From Epiperipatus broadwayi (lineage: Eukaryota > Animalia > Onychophora), in NCBI GenBank assembly GCA_028023455.1, contig JAQFVV010000006.1, positions 8,370,001 to 8,434,000 of the forward strand: 64,000 bases of DNA. Direction: 5' to 3'. The notes under the pieces were generated by a model, which was not told the origin of the DNA, did no database searches, and saw only the letters and a list, made by a program, of their open reading frames with translations. The position numbers and the translations under genes are program-made. Below, one piece after another: positions 63,500-64,000 of the stretch (its first letter is position 1; every line of letters begins with the position of its first letter).

Positions 63500-63935
63500 A
63501 TCATGAAGTTTTTAGCATTTTCCCATCATTGTTTACACGCTAAGAAACGGTAAATACCCATTTACTAACCAGTATTCAGTGGGTGAAATAAAAAAGTAAT
63601 TCGGTATGATATAGAGAAACTATGATTAGGGAAAACTTGATTAATCATCATGATGTTTTGAATCTTTTCTCATCATTGTTTACACGTTAAGAAACGGTAA
63701 ATACCCATTTACCAACCAGTATTCAATGAGTGAAATAAAGAAGTTATTAGATGTGATATAGAGAAGCTACAGTTAGAAAAAAACTTGTTTAATCATCAAG
63801 AGGTTTGGAGCATTTTCCCATCATTGTTTACACGCTAAGAAAGGTAAATACCCATTTACCAACCAGTATTCAATAGTTGAAATATTATTAGTTATTATAT
63901 AGAGAAACTACAGTTAGGGAAAACTTGATTAAGCT
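63500..63935. repeat. Tandem repeat, 147-148-bp unit, about 3 copies
   Basis: CATCATTGTTTACACG at 63524, 63671 and 63819. Confidence 0.9.
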
Positions 63936-64000
63936 TAGAGAGACCTTCGTACAGCAGTGAAAAGATGATGATTGAAAATGATGATAATAATACAATAGTT

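Overview
Very AT-rich animal (probably invertebrate) genomic DNA, intronic or intergenic in character. It has no intact protein-coding ORF and no prokaryotic features; almost all ORF-track entries are chance ORFs or pieces of dead transposons. Recognisable content: decayed Buster/SPIN-type hAT transposases plus a hAT MITE; a Penelope-like element (PLE) remnant with GIY-YIG; seven RTE-clade LINE fragments (all minus strand); L1/Tx1, Ingi/Vingi, I-clade, R4-like and Gypsy remnants; four tandem arrays; and many foldback elements. The most interesting signal is RNA-level. (1) A TSD-flanked foldback insertion at 52462-52893 reconstructs to tRNA-like Pol III head + minimal hammerhead ribozyme + AT-rich tail. 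(2) A second palindrome (59581-59899) carries twin hammerheads, and an older one (14868-15066) carries hammerhead-like relics, all reading centre-outward. (3) A tRNA-derived family forms head-to-tail arrays of Pol III-like units ending in T-runs. (4) A tRNA-Gly derivative has two micro-duplications. Host-gene exons and promoters (43.7 kb minus; 33.1, 36.9 and 51.4 kb plus) are low-confidence candidates only. All protein similarities were recognised by eye, not by database search, and TE boundaries are approximate.
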